Assembly: GCA_028534125.1 (NCBI GenBank)
Contig: CM052817.1
Span: forward strand, 35,032,001 to 35,096,000
Direction of reading: 5' to 3'
DNA length: 64,000 nucleotides
Source: Lama glama
Taxonomy: Eukaryota
The notes under the pieces were generated by a model. It was not told where the DNA came from and ran no database searches. It saw only the letters and a list, made by a program, of their open reading frames with translations. The translations under genes and the position numbers were made by a program. This document shows positions 62,977 to 64,000 of this stretch, piece after piece (within the stretch, counting starts at the first letter, position 1; each line of letters starts with the position of its first letter).

Positions 62977-63267
62977 CTATGCTGTCCAGGATGATAGCCA
63001 CTAGTCACAGGTGGCTATTGAGCACGTGAAGTGTGACTCTGAATTAAGATGTGCTGTCAGTGTAGAAGCTACACTGGATTTGAAATTTACTCTAAAAAAG
63101 GAATGTGGACTATCTCATTAATAATTTGTATGCAGATGACATGTTGAAATGATAGTATTTTGAATATATATATATATATTAATTTCATCTGTTTTATTTT
63201 AATGTGGCTACTAGGTGATTTAAAATTACATGTATGGCTCACACTATGTTTCTACTGGACAGCGCTG
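62977..63267 (+). mobile_element. MER33-like hAT MITE
   Basis: Terminal inverted repeats ctatgctgtcc / ggacagcgctg; gtggctattgagcac core. Confidence 0.88.
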
Positions 63268-63714
63268 TGATAGACCCTAAACTAAAGTAAAAAGGTTTTC
63301 GTTGAATCTCAATGTGACATTGTGACATCGGAATCTCCTTTCTGGGCCTTTCCTTCCTGTGTGTTCTCTCTTTCTCGCTGTCTCTCTCTTTCTCTCTCTC
63401 CCTCTGTCTCTGCTTTCAGATTAGCCATTTGCCACTTCTTGAGGCTCATTTCCTCATATGTAAAATGGAGATAGTATTGCTTTCTGATTGCACTATTGGC
63501 TTGTTTGTTGTAAAGGTAAAATAAAATAGTAGACGAAAAATGCTTTTGTGAGTCATAAAGCAGCACGTAAATGAAATGCATTATCATGCCTTTGTGTCTA
63601 TATTTTGGTATGAATTTAAATTCTTACCAATATGTCACCATTAATTTAAACTCTTAAAGCAAGTCTGGTAATGGAATGAAAGATTTCATCTCCAGGCTGG
63701 GCTACCACATGGTA

Positions 63715-63890
63715 TAAGCTAGGCTTTGGAATCTGGTAGACTGGTCCAAGTTACTTAACCTCTCTGAGACTTAGTTTCCTCATCTCCAAATAGTTACTTA
63801 ATATTTTGCAAAGTTGCACAGTTTAAATGAGTTGACCTAATGTGTCACAGAATGCTTGCCCGACGTGTCACACAGATGATTGATAAACTG
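63715..63890 (+). mobile_element. MIR SINE
   Basis: ggctttggaatc...caagttacttaacctctctgagacttagtttcctcatct. Confidence 0.8.
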
Positions 63891-64000
63891 TCTTTCCCTT
63901 TTCTCCTTCTTATTTCTAGTGAGAGCCAGAGATTGTTTTTTGGTCAAGAGTCATGTAAAGATGGTCCTGAAATCATACACAGGCACCAGTGGTGTCTTAT

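Noticed and set aside
1..64000. CRISPR arrays, operons, prokaryotic defence systems or a novel multi-gene system
   Set aside because: The sequence is mammalian and intronic, with no regularly spaced repeat-spacer array or gene cluster. The dispersed repeats I identified fit known transposon classes.

Overview
Mammalian genomic DNA, most likely a camelid, inferred from a tRNA-Ala-derived SINE resembling vic-1 and the absence of recognisable Alu, B1, Bov-tA, PRE-1 or Can-SINE copies. A CpG-island promoter (~0.94-1.84 kb) drives a + strand first exon ending at a canonical donor (CAG|GTGAGC, 1421/1422). The rest looks like a very long first intron, or one with only small non-coding exons. It is filled with transposable elements: 8 lineage-specific SINEs, many 5'-truncated L1s with visible target-site duplications (TSDs), a HAL1, L2/MIR, MaLR/ERVL LTRs, hAT MITEs and a probable MamSINE1. 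There is a 500-N assembly gap at 9191-9690. I cannot support any protein-coding exon or name the gene; the ORF track is explained by GC-rich frames, L1 remnants and chance. I found no convincing novel biological system. The best leads are a strong-Kozak MEAAAA-stop uORF with an open in-frame continuation in exon 1, clustered L1 truncation points, ultra-short retrotransposition products, and several candidate enhancers and splice signals. Repeat family names come from recalled consensus features, not a database search. Boundaries are approximate unless a TSD is given.
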